Of a stretch of 64,000 nucleotides of DNA, positions 10,113 to 21,860 are shown one piece after another. The stretch's first letter is position 1. Each line of letters starts with the position of its first letter. The notes under the pieces were generated by a model, which had not been told where the DNA came from, did not search any database, and saw nothing but the letters and a program-made list of their open reading frames with translations. The stretch covers positions 744,001-808,000 of the forward strand of contig JASTWF010000098.1 in NCBI GenBank assembly GCA_030390025.1, given 5' to 3'. The DNA comes from Squalus acanthias. Its lineage: Eukaryota. The translations under genes and the position numbers were made by a program.

Positions 10113-13100
10113 ATGGACCACTCGGCACCGGCTACAGACACAACAATGGCACTCCCAGCCCAGTCGACTCTGCAAAGTCCTCCTCACCAACATCTGGAAA
10201 CTTGTGCCAAAATTGGGAGAGCTGTCCTACAGCCTGACATAGTCATAGTCACAGAATCATACCTATCAGCCAATGTTCCAAACTCCTCCATCACCAGGAG
10301 TGGCGGCACAGTGGTATACAGTCGGGAAGGAGTGGCCCTGGGAGTCCTCAACATTGACTCCGGACCTCATGAAGTCTCATGGCTTCAGGTCAAGCATGGG
10401 CAAGGAAACCTCCTGCTGATTACCACCTACTGCCCTCCCTCAGCTGATGAATTAGTACTTCTCCATGTAGAACACCACTTGGAAGAAGCACTGAGAGTAG
10501 CAAGATCACAGAATGTACTCTGGGTGGAGGACGTCAATGTCTATCACCAAGAGTGGCTCGGTAGCACCACTACTGACCGAGTCCTGAAGGACATAACTGC
10601 CAGTCTGGGCCTGCGACAGGTGGTGAGAGAATCAACACGAGGGAAAAACCTACTTGACCTTGTCCTCACCAATCTACCTGTCACAGATGCATCTGTCCAT
10701 GACAGTATTGGTAGCAGTTACCACTGCACAGTCATTGTGGAGACGAAGTCCCGTCTTCACACTGAGGACACCCTCCATCGTGTTGTGTGGCACTGCCACC
10801 GTGCTAAATGGGATAGATTCAGAACAGATCTAGCAGCTCAAAACTGGGCATCTATGAGGTGCTGTGGGCCATCAGCAGCAGCAGAATTGTATTCCACCAC
10901 AATCTGTAACCTCATGACCCGGCATATCCCTCACTCTACCATTACCATCAAGCCAGGGGACCAACCCTGGTTCAATAAGGAGTGTGGAAGAGCATGCCAG
11001 GAGCAGGACCAGGCATACCTAAAAATGAGGTGCCAACCTGGGGAAGCTGCAACACAGGACTACATGCATGCTAAAAAGCAGAAGCAACATGCTATAGACA
11101 GGGCTAGGCGATCCCACAATCAACGGATCAGTTCAAAGCACTGCCACATCCATCCGTGAATGGTGATGGACCATTAAACAACTAACGGGAGGAGGAGGCT
11201 CCATGAATATCCGCATCCTCAATGATGGTGGAGCCCAGCACGTGAGTGCAAAAGACCAAGCTGAAGCGTTTGCAACCATCTTCAGCCAGAAGTGCCAAGT
11301 GGATGATCCATATCGGCCTCCTCCTGAGGTCCCCACCATCACAGAAGCCAGTCTTCAGCCAATTCGATTCATTCCACTAACAACTTGTATTTATATAGCA
11401 CCTTTAATGTAGTAAAACATCCCAAGGCGCTGCACAGGAGTATTTTAAGACAAAAAATTTGACACCGATCCACATAAGGATAAATTAGGACAGGTGACCA
11501 AAAGCTTGGTCAAAGAGGTAGGTTTTTAGGAGCGAGGTGGAAAGGTTTAGGCAGGGAATTCCAGAGCTTAGGGCCTAGGCAACAGAAGGCACGTACCAAA
11601 GGTTGAGCGATTATAATCAGGGATCCTCTGTGGATACAGCAAAGGCTATGGGCCCCGACAACATCCCGGCTGTCGTGCTGAAAACTTGTGCTCCAGAACT
11701 AGCTGCGCCTCGAGCCAAGCTGTTCCAGTACAGCTATAACACTGGCATCTATCCGACAATGTGGAAAACTGCTCAGGTATGTCCTGTCCACAAAAAGCAG
11801 GACAAATCCAATCCAGCCAATTACCGCCCATCAGTCTACTCTCAATCATCAGCAAAGTGATGGAAGGTGTCGTCGACAGTGCGATCAAGCAGCACTTACT
11901 TACCAATAACCTGCTCACTGATGCCCAGTTTGGGTTCCGCCAAGACCACTCGGCTCCTGACCTCATTGCAGCCTTGGTCCAAACATGGACAAAACAGCTG
12001 AATTCCAGAGGCGAGGTGAGAGTGACTGCCCTTGACATCAGGCAGCAGTTGACAGAGTGTGGCATCAAGGAGCCCTAGTAAACTGAAGTCAATGGGAATC
12101 GGGGGGGGTGGGGGGGGGGGGGAACTCTCCACTGGCTGGAGTCATACCTAGTACAAAGGAAGCTGGTTGTGGTGGTTGGATGTCAATCATCACAGCCCCA
12201 CAACATCGCTGCAGGAGTTCCTCGGGGCAGTGTCCTAGGCCCAACCATCTTCAACTGCTTCATCAATGACCTTCCCTCCATCATAAGGTCAGAAGTGGGG
12301 ACGTTCGCTGATGACTGCAGTGTTCAGTGCCATTTGCAACTCCTCAGATAATGAAGCAGTCCTTGCCCGCATGCAGAAAAACCTGGACAACATTCAGGCC
12401 TGGGCTGATAAGTGGCAGGTAACATTCGCGCCACACAAGTGCCAGGCAATAACTATCTCCAAAAAGCGAGCGTCAAACCACCTCCCCTTGACATTCAATG
12501 GCATTACCATCGCCGAATCCTCCACCATCAATATCCTGGAGGTCACCATTGACCAGAAACTTAACTAGACCAGCCACATAAATACTGTGGCAACAAGAGC
12601 AGGTCGGAGGCTAGGTATTCTGCGGCGAGTGTCTCGTCTCACCTGACTCCCTAAAGCCTTTCCTCCATCTACAAGGCACAAGTAAGGAATGTGATGGAAT
12701 TCTCTCCATTTGCCTGGATGACTGCAGCTCCAACAACACTCAAGATGCTCGACACCATCCAAGACAAAGCAGCCTGTTTGATTGGCACCCCATCCACCAC
12801 CTTAAACATTCACTCCCTCCACCACCGGCGCACTGTGGCTGCAGTGTGTAACATCTACAAGATGCACTACAGCAACTCGCCAAGGCATCTTCGGCAGCAC
12901 CTCCCAAACCCACGACCTCTACCACCTAGAAGGACAAGGGCAGCCGGCGCATGGGAACACCACCACCTCCAAGTTCCCCTCCAAGTCACACAACATTCTG
13001 AAGTATTTTGCCATTCCTTCATCGTCGCTGGGTCAAAATCCTGGACTTTCCTCCCTCACAGCATTGTGGGAGTACCTTCATCACACGGATTGCAGCGGTT

Positions 13101-13140
13101 CAAGAAGGCGGCTCACCACCACCTTCTGAAGGGCAACTAG
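10113..13140 (+). pseudogene. Disrupted APE endonuclease-reverse transcriptase ORF of the tRNA-headed LINE
   Basis: PDIVIVTESYL, TTYCPPS, TRGKNLLDLVLTN, KAMGPDNIP, NPANYRP/ISLLSIISKVME, QFGFRQ, GVP(R)GSVLGPTIF, FADD, WADKWQVTFAPHKCQ over several frames; frameshifts, a poly-G tract and an L2 insertion. Confidence 0.9.
11379..11624 (-). mobile_element. L2-type 3' end nested inside the LINE ORF
   Basis: Same sequence as 2993-3260 (aacaacttgtatttatatagc...gaattccagagcttagggcc). Confidence 0.85.
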
Positions 13141-13203
13141 GGATGGGCAATAAATACTGGCCTTGATAGCGACGCCCACATCCCATGAACGAATGAAAGA
13201 AAA

Positions 13204-13393
13204 CCCGAGGGCAGACGGGGCCTCGGTTTAACGTCTCGTCCGAAAGACGACACCTCCAACAGTGCAGCACTCCCTCAGCACTGCGCTGGATTGTCAGCCT
13301 GGATTTTGTGCTCAAATCTCTGGAATGGGACTTGAACCCACGACTTTCTGACTCGGAGGAGAGAGTGCTGCCCACTGAGCCATGGCTGACACT
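13204..13393 (-). mobile_element. DeuSINE/SacSINE1-type SINE, 5' half (tRNA head)
   Basis: Reverse complement of gtcagccatggctcagtgggcagcactct...ggttcaagtccc; continuous with 9479-9757. Confidence 0.9.
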
Positions 13394-13784
13394 GACAAAG
13401 AGAGCGAGAGTCAGCGTGCGAGAGAAAGCGGGACCACGAGAGACAGAAAGAGAGGGGGTTTGTGAGTGTGCAACACCAATGAGAACACAAGCAAGAGCAG
13501 CAGCTCGAGGAGGCAGAGCTGACGTCCAGCTACATGGCGATAGCGTTTGTAGATTCCTCGGTGCATGTTGAGGGTAGTCTCTCCACCAGCGATGTAGGCG
13601 GCTCAGAGAGATGAGGGGAGATTATTTTTACATAGAGAACTACATTTCCAGAGTAAACTGTGAAACGTATAATGTAGGGCCGAGCTAGCTGCGGTTCTCC
13701 CAATTCCACCAGTAGCACGCCAACATTTTGAAGCGATTCTGCTGGGATGTTGCTCCCCTCCCTGTGAAACCGCAGTCCTGCTGG

Positions 13785-14075
13785 AATACTGTTCCATGGC
13801 ACCAGTTGCCATTTGCTAGACCGGACAGCCGATCTTCCTGTGTGAGCCAGTGTTGACTGCCTGCCAAGCCCGCTCCTGTTCTCCTCGGACGTCCGCACTT
13901 TCCAGCAGGAACGGCTCGATCGGGATCAGGAGCAGGAATCCCAGCTGATTTCTTTTCCCCGCTTCCTCTGAGCTAGGGATTCAGAGGCTAGCTGCGGCTC
14001 CCAACTGCTGCCTTGGCTAAATCAGCACAAACCAGAAATTGAAGCTGGGGTCTTCCTGGATTGTGCAGCTCAGCT
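13785..14075 (-). mobile_element. Ancient SINE-like family B copy
   Basis: Reverse complement has aaatcagctgggattcctgctcctgatc...ctgctggaaagtgcggacgtccgaggagaacagg, shared with 17110, 21232, 58170. Confidence 0.55.
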
Positions 14076-14084
14076 CCTAGAGCC

Positions 14085-14370
14085 CATCAATATAAGACAG
14101 TCACCAATAAATCCAACAGGGAATTCAGGAGAAATGTCTTTATCCAGAGAGTGGTGAGAATGGGGAACTCGCTACAACAAGGAGTGGTTGAGAGCAAACA
14201 GCATAGATGCATTTAAGGGAAAGCTTGATAAGTACATGAGGGAGAAAGGAATAGAAGGATATGCTGATCGGATTAGATGAAGTAGCGTGGGAGGAGGCTC
14301 GTGTGGCGCACAAACACTGGCATGGACCTGTTGGGCCGAATGGCCTGTTTCTGTGCTGTAAATTCTACTA
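14085..14370 (+). mobile_element. CR1 LINE 3' tail
   Basis: Near-identical to 490-770. Confidence 0.85.
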
Positions 14371-14962
14371 ATGCTCACTGCCTCAAACATTCTAGACACT
14401 GGAGAAACCAGAGCATTTTGAAGTGATTCAGGACCACGTTACTACATAAATTACTTTAATCGAACAGTACAGAAGACGATCAGTGCTCGAGCTGTGTGCA
14501 GACGCTTCACCCTATTGTATGAACATCTGTACAATAGCCCAGGGCTTCACATTCATTCCCTGGCTTTCAGAAGTTCCTTTAGTGATGTTTTTGCACTCAC
14601 TGAGGTGAGAGACGGAAACCTAGGGAATAAAACCCATGAACCTTGAGCTGGTGTGTCATCGCACGCTCGTGAAACAGGCACTAACACCTTACATCACACA
14701 AGGCAGTAAGTTAGAAGACCCTCACCATAACTATTAGCAGCTCCATTGAGTAAATGTTCCATGTGGAGTAAAAGTGAGCATCAAAAGGACCAGGAAAGTT
14801 CCCATGTTAAATTCCTGGACTATGCCAAGATAGCTGATCAGCCAGGGTTTGCTGATCACTATCACAATAACTGCCAACACTGACTGCCTGAAGACTGGAG
14901 TCAGAGGGCACAGGGTGCGCGAGTGATCATCGCCCAGAACACTCCAGACACTCTCTCCCTTA

Positions 14963-15416
14963 CTCAGGGGTGGTGTTTGCCTCTGAGTCAGAAGGTCGTG
15001 GGTTCAAGTCCCACTCCAGAGACTTGAGCACAAAAATCTAGGCTGACACTCCCAGTGCAGCACTGAGGGAGTGCTGCACTGTCGGAGGTGCCGTCTTTCG
15101 GATGAGACATTAAACCGAGGCCCCGTCTGCTCTCTCAGGTGGACGTGAAAGATCCCATGGCACTATTTTGAAGAAGAGCAGGGGAGTTCTCCCCGGTGTC
15201 CTGGCCAATATTTATCCCTCAATCAACATCAATAAAAACAAATGATCTTGTTGTTACATTGCTGTTTGTGGGAGCTTGCTGTGCGCAAATTGGCTGCCAC
15301 ATTTCCTACATTACAATAGTGACTACACTTCAAAAAAGTACTTCATTGGCTGTGAAGCGCTTTGGGACGTCCTGATGTCGTGAAAGGCGCTCTAGAAGTG
15401 CAAGTTCTTTCTTTTC
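14963..15416 (+). mobile_element. DeuSINE/SacSINE1-type SINE, near full length
   Basis: B box ggttcaagtccc, central domain, L2-like 3' end. Confidence 0.9.
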
Positions 15417-17107
15417 CTTTTTCGCAGGGGACCCCGTGCTAGGGTTCGGACCGGGAGTTGGGGGGGGGAGGGAAACCCCTCACACGACTGTCGATGGGGA
15501 AGCCCCTGCAGAGCTGCATTGTGTGTCGGACGGGGAGCGGGAGTGGGGGGTTGAAGTGTGCGACCAGGGTCGGAGATACCCCCCCTCCCATTGGACCGCG
15601 CGGTTTGAGGTTCAGGGGTCGAAGCCGTTTCGCATACCGGCAGTCCAAACCGACGGACCGCGTCCTGGTGGTCGGACCCGCTCGGAGCCCCTGTGTGATT
15701 GCATGGTCCTAGTGCCCACCCTGCTCTCACCCGAGTCACATGACCAGTCTCCCTGGTCCCCGGAAACTCAACCTGCTACTCTCGGTTAGCACTCCAACGC
15801 ACCTTTCCCTCCCCCAAAAATAGTAACGCCTGCCGATTGATACGGGAGCGCTCTGCAGATTTACAGGATAAGCAGTCAGCAGAGGGTGACGGGAGAGAAT
15901 TTACAGAAAAAAATAATTAAAGCATAGGTTTCAAAATATTGCCACGGAAAGTCAGTGTGCACACAGTTAAAAGTCTTTTTGTCTATAAAAATATCAATAA
16001 AAGGCAGGGAGGTTTGGTCAGGACAAGTGGTTAATGCAATCCTCAATGGAATGCTCTTACTGTGGGTGAAGCTTTGAAGGGATATCAACACGATCCCTTC
16101 TCAGGCCCACATCTAACGCTTCAGAGGATGAGAGGCATAATCTGATCAGCTAATAGTTCATTTACTGCTGCAAACACTGCCGCTCGCAACACAACACATG
16201 GCCATTTTGGTAAGGGCTTGCATTCAGGGGCTCTCTCTGTCTCTGTCTGTCTCTCTCTCTCTCTCTCTCTAGTGTTACCCATTGTGCTGCAAGCGTGACT
16301 CTCTCGCCCTGCTCCTACACCCTACCTTTTCATTGATCACGGGGACATTCGTGTTGCTGTGTTTAATGAACCCGTGCTTCCAACAGGCCTGTGCAATCTG
16401 CAAGGGGCTCAATGTTTATGCTTGCCCGATTCACACTCCTACTTGCCCCTGGTTTTTGGAGACATGGGTGCACGTGCATATATATGGGTGCAAGTGTATG
16501 TCTGCACGCGTGTACTTTTTTATAAAAAGGAACACTTTATGTCCCGTTAGAAACGCCTCCCCAACACCTGATGCCTCATCACTCTGCCAACTGCTCACTG
16601 CCTGCCCCTCCACCGTGATCCAACCACTCTTCACCCAACCCACATCCCTCCACAGTTATGACTGTTCTCTTCTCGGCCGTACCCCAAGCCCATCCTGTCC
16701 CAAACTCTCTCTAACCCCACATCAAGACTAGGCCCCACTTGATCAAAACAATGCCCCAATATCTCCCTTCCTGCTGCATTGAGTCCCTCCTCATATCCCC
16801 CTCCCCTCCACCCCAACCACATTCTCCCTCTCCCCTCATTCCCCATTCTCTCTCCCCTCATTCCCCAATATCTCTCTCCCCTCACGCACCATCAAGACGC
16901 TGCTTGCTCTCCTTTGCTCGCATTCTCTTGTGTCACTGTTCCTAACTTTTCTTGAATTAGCTTCACAGTGTTGCAACTGAACTGAATTGATACTGACTCG
17001 GTTTAAAAAAAAAATACCTTGTCCAAATGAGCTGCCCCAACAATTGATTATGGGGCAATGATTGGCTGAACTAAACAAGACAGGGCGGTGCAGCTTGGAC
17101 TGGAGAT

Positions 17108-17420
17108 CTCGGCTCAGTTAGCTAACCTCAGGCAAGGTGCCATATGAGGAGCTACAATCAGCATCAGCACCTCGGGTTGGAGAGGGAGGGGAAGTTCCTG
17201 TCCTGTTACTTTCCAGCAAGAGTCACTGGACATTGGGCGGGGACAGCATCAGGCTTGGTTTGCGACGTACTCTGTGGTCAAATATCTGGCCGACACTCCC
17301 TGTCCCAGCTCAGAGTGAGAGTACTGGAGGGAAACCAGTGCCTGTGAATCCCGTACCCCAGCGAGAGTCGGTGTCTTCAGGAGAGAAAGGGGGGGGGGGG
17401 GGGGGGGAGGAAAGAAAATC
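17108..17420 (+). mobile_element. Ancient SINE-like family B copy
   Basis: gctcagttagctaacctcag...ggacagcatcaggcttgg...ccgtaccccagcgagagtcggtgtcttcaggagagaaagg. Confidence 0.55.
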
Positions 17421-18129
17421 AGAATTAAAAAAAAATGCGAAACCCATTTCCCCATCCCACAGGGAAATAAAGAACTTCAAAACATGAATGCCTGAGCTTG
17501 GCCTGTACACACTGGGTTGGTAGGAGGGGTCCTGGGCTCTGTGGGGAGAATTAAATAAAGTGGCCGAGCTCCTTGTAAAGAAACATGAAAGCAAAGGGGA
17601 AGAGTCCACCTCAAAGCTAACTGGCGAGTTTACTGTAGGGGATGAGTGAGCACAGTTTCTTTACGCAGGTTGCCTGCTCTGCTCTCAAGAGTTCCCGAGG
17701 AGCACGGGCAAAAAAACACATTCGGTACCAGTCCAGTGGTTTTGCAAAAAGTATGTTTAAAAAAAACCCCACAAGTGTGGGAACCGGGGGGGGCTTCCCA
17801 TTCCGGAGTGGGAAAATTCACTTGTCCACCGAACAGAGAACAAAGAGATCTTAGAGGCACATCGCTTAACCCTTTCACCCGGCCAGCGCTGGTCATGCAG
17901 AAGTTTCCAGAACGGCGTTAAACTCTGCTTATTGCTTGGAATGTAAACTCTTTTTTCCCCCCCGTTAACTAGGGACAATTATTATTATTTAATTTGCAAA
18001 TTTGCTGGAATTCTTATTGAATCCCATTTGCATCGCTGATGATCCAGGAAAGGTTGTTTTAAACCAGTTTTTTTTCTCTCGTCCTCCCCCACCCGGTTTC
18101 TTTGACTCTTGCTGGAGCTCAGTTCCATG

Positions 18130-18446
18130 TGTCCGTCTTTTGGATAAGATGTTAAACCGAGGCCCCGTCTGCCCTCTCAGGTGGACGTAAAAGATCCCAC
18201 ATCCATTATTTCGAAGAAGAGCAGGGGAGTTCGCCCCGGTGTCCTGGCCAATATTTATCCCTCAACCAACATCATTATAACAGATTATCTGATCCTTTAT
18301 CTCATTGTTGTTTGTGGGAGCTTGCTGTGCGCAAATTGGCTGCCGCGTTTCCTACATTACAACAGTGACTACACTTCAAAAGTACTTCATTGGCCGTGTA
18401 TCACTTTGGGGCGTCCTGAGGTGGTGACAGGCGCTGTATAAATGCC
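18130..18446 (+). mobile_element. DeuSINE/SacSINE1-type SINE, 5'-truncated
   Basis: Central domain and 3' end match the other copies. Confidence 0.9.
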
Positions 18447-18974
18447 CGTCCTACTAATTCCTCACCTCTGCTGTGAGGCAGTAATGGGGTACTACAATCG
18501 GGCTCAGAACCCCTGAAATGTGGAGCGGGAGGGGGGAGAATGTAATTGATAAATAACTGGCCTGGGCTCTTGATCACAGTCATCTGTGGCCCTCCATCAC
18601 TGTCCAGCCTGACACAGTATGGATGGCCACTTGGGTGAGGTAGTGGAGGGTGAGCGGGACCTATGGGATCCCCCCACCACCCCAGCAGAAGGCAGTGCCT
18701 GAAGGAAAGGACAGGAGAGGAGCAGAGTAAACTGGGAGGTGTGGGGAGCATGCAAAGAGGGAAATCTGTCAGCAACAGAAGGTAGCCTGGGAGACCTTGA
18801 TGGGAGAGGGGGAGGGAAAGGTGCGTGCCTTCACAGATGCATAAAAAATCCCCCAAAAAGTAACTGAATCTGTTTTTTTGTTTTGGATTCCTGGAACGTT
18901 ATGCCCACTTTTCTGAGATAAGAGTACAGCAATAAGTATTTTGCAAAAAAATATTCTTGTATCAGCTACACATG

Positions 18975-19485
18975 GACCGGCCTCCCATCTTCCACCCTCT
19001 GTAAACTTGAGCTCATCCAAAACTCGGCTGCCCGTGCCCTAACTCACACCAAATCCCGTTCACCCATCACCCCTGTGCTCACTGACCTACATTGGCTCCC
19101 AGTTAAGAAACGCCTCAATTTTAAAATTCTCACCCTTGTTTTCAAATCCCTCCATGGTCTCGCCCCTCCCTTTCTCTGTAACCTCCTCCAGCCCTACAAC
19201 CCTCCTCTAATTCTGACCTCTTGTGCATCCCTCACTTTCTTCACCCAACTATTGGCGGCCGTACCTTCAGCCATTTAGGCCCTAAGCTCTGAAAATACCT
19301 CCCATAACCTCTCCGCCTCTCTTTCCTCCTTTAAGACGCTCCTTAAAACCTCTCTTTGACCTCACCTGTCCTAATGTCTCCTTCTTTGACTTGGTGTCAA
19401 TTTTTGTCTGATAACACTCCTGTGAAACGCCTTGGAAGGTTTTACTACTTTTAAAGCGCTGTATAAATGCAAGTTGTTGTTATTA
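18975..19485 (+). mobile_element. L2-type LINE 3' fragment
   Basis: LTDLHWLPVKKRLNFKILTLVFKSLHGLAPPFL; L2 terminus. Confidence 0.9.
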
Positions 19486-19657
19486 CAGAACTTTTTAAGC
19501 ATGATCTGAATAAATATTAGTGACCAAAAATCAGCGGGTTTGTGACACAGAAGGGAATCTGGGAGTGACCAGTGCACAGACTTAAGGCGGCACAGGGCCA
19601 GAGAGCGCAGAATTCTGCAGAACATCATTGGGTGGCCTCTTTCCACTGGTGGGGGGC

Positions 19658-19965
19658 GTGTGGGGGAGTCTAGGCCAAGGGGGCGTAACCTTAAAATCAG
19701 AGCCAGGCCATTCAAGAAAGAAGTTAGGAAACACTTCGTCACGTAAAGGGTGGTAGAAGTGTGGAACTCTCTCCCACAAAAAGCAGTAGATGCTGGGGGA
19801 CAATTGATAATTTTAAATCTGAGAACGATAGATTTTTGCTAGACAAGGGTATTAAGGGATATGGAGCCAAGGCGGGTGGATGGAGTTAGGATACAGATCA
19901 GCCATGATCTCATAGAATGACAGAACAGGCTCGAGGGGCTGAATGGCCTCCTCTTGTTCCCATGT
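19658..19965 (+). mobile_element. CR1 LINE 3' end
   Basis: RVVEVWNSLPQKAVDAG and tail gatcagccatgatct...ggctcgaggggctgaatggcct. Confidence 0.85.
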
Positions 19966-20174
19966 CTCTAAACATAGTTATGGAGTGTAACAGCAGGAAT
20001 AGTTATTAAACAAAAAGCATGTTTTGATTTACCTGAATCTGCTATTCTGGGTAAACGCCCATCCAATGCCACGAGCGGTCCACATACCTCTGTTCTGCGC
20101 CGGCAGAGTAGTAACATGGGAAGGTAGAGACCGCCGACCATCGGGCCAGGCCCAAAGTTCAGTAGGTCCCATTC

Positions 20175-20636
20175 AGCTAGCATAGTGGTTATGTTACTGG
20201 GCTAGTAATCCAGAGGCCTGGACTAATGATCCGGAGACGTGAGTTCAAATCCCACCATGGCAGTTGGGGAATTTAAATTCAGTTAATTAAATAAATTTGG
20301 AATAAATAAAAAGCTAGTATCGGTAATAGTGACCATGAAACTACCAGATTGTCGTAAAAACCCATCTGGTTTACTAATGTCTTTTAGGGAAGGAAACTTG
20401 TCGTCCTTACTCGGTCTAGCCTATGTGACTCCAGACCCACAGGAATGTGGCTGACTCTTAACAGCCCTCTGAAATGGCCCAGCGAGACACTCAAGTCATA
20501 TTAAAAAAACTGCTATGATGGACTGCAGTGGTTCACGAAGGCGGCTCACCACTACCTACTCAAGGGCAATTAGGGATGGGCAATAAATGCCGGCCTTGCC
20601 AGAGACGCCCACATTCCGTGAATGAACAAAACAAAA
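20175..20636 (+). mobile_element. Short tRNA-headed SINE sharing both 5' head and 3' tail with the 9758-13203 LINE
   Basis: 20178-20496 aligns with 9768-10072; 20518-20636 aligns with about 13085-13203. Confidence 0.9.
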
Positions 20637-20714
20637 TCTCTCACACCCCTCAATCGCTACTCACACTAAAAGTCTATCCAGCTCCCTTTTGAATTTGACG
20701 ACATTCTGTTACTT

Positions 20715-20912
20715 GGAACTCTCTCCCCAAAAGGCTGTGGATGCTGGGGGACAATTGGAGCTTTCAACACTGAGATCGATAGATTTTTGTTGGGTAAGGG
20801 TATCAAGGGACATGGAGCCAAGGCAGGTAAATGGAGTTAAGATACAGATCAGCCATGATCTCACTGAATAGCGGAACAAGCTCGAGGGGCTGAATGGCCT
20901 CCTCCTGTTCTT
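20715..20912 (+). mobile_element. CR1 LINE 3' tail
   Basis: Matches 19762-19960. Confidence 0.85.
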
Positions 20913-21231
20913 ACTTGCATGAAACCAAAGGTGGCAGAGCCAGGCTGTGAAATTTGAAACTGTCCTTTAATCATAGTTCCCTTTGTACAATGTATTAGGG
21001 AAGTTGTCAGACAGTTCTGTTGTGGGGTATTTGCAGTATTAGGAAGCAATTTGACCTTCTGATTAAAAGGTTAACCCCATGCCCTGTGCTTGCTGTAATT
21101 TTGTACATTAGCAGATTAACAAAAGTCATAAGGCAGGGCGATCATGCACTATCAGAGATGTAAAGATGGTAAAGCAGGTAATCTGAGAGGTAAGAAAAAT
21201 ATTTATAGAAACAAAAAATTATAATTAAAGG

Positions 21232-21395
21232 CCCCAGGTCGGATCTCCTGTCAGTGCCAAGTTAGCCAGGGGAGTGGTTGGTGTGTTAGAATTGGGCTCA
21301 GTATCCTGGAAAGGGGCCGGGGTGGGGGGGGGAGGGGGAAAAGAGAGAGAGGGAGAAAAAATAAATCAGACAGTGTTCCTGTTCACTAGGCAGTG

Positions 21396-21461
<66 letters not shown>

Positions 21462-21860
21462 GTGCATGCATGTGTGCAAGTGAATGTGCACGAGTGTGCG
21501 TGTATGAATGTGCGTGTGTACGAGTGTGCGAGTGCATGATAGTGTGCGAGCGCGCGAGAGTGTGCGTGTGCGAGCGCGCGAGAGCGTGCGTGTGCGCGAA
21601 AGAGCGTGCGTGTGCGCGAGAGAGCGTGCGTGTGCGCGAAAGAGCGTGCGTGTGTTTAAGGATGCTGGGTGAGGACAGGATGGGACTCAGCTATGGTGCC
21701 ACCCATAGTTAAATAGTCTGCAGACATCTAGGCTCACACCTGCCGAAATAGGCATTCGGGGGAAGCACCAGCAAGTTACCTGCCAGTGCCCTGGGATTCG
21801 TACCCCTGGAAGAAGTCAGCACCTTCAGGAGAGAAAGGGAGAAAATTGGAAAGAGGAAGG
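21232..21860 (+). mobile_element. Ancient SINE-like family B copy containing an expanded microsatellite
   Basis: Family B motifs on both sides of the (TG)n tract (aaatcagacagtgttcctg / gggtgaggacaggatgggactcagc). Confidence 0.55.
21397..21655. repeat. (TG)n grading into a CG/AG compound microsatellite
   Basis: About 28 perfect TG units, then gtgcgtgtgcgcgagag-type units. Confidence 0.95.

Larger units (their letters stand above)
9758..13203 (+). mobile_element. tRNA-headed CR1-group non-LTR retrotransposon (Pol III head + APE + RT + 3' tail), near full length, inactivated
   Basis: A box TAGCCTAGTGG 9768-9778, B box GTTCAAATC 9833-9841, APE ORF from about 10113, RT motifs, tail agggatgggcaataaa...cccacatcccatgaacgaatgaaagaaaa; host SINE resumes in register after it. 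Confidence 0.85.
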
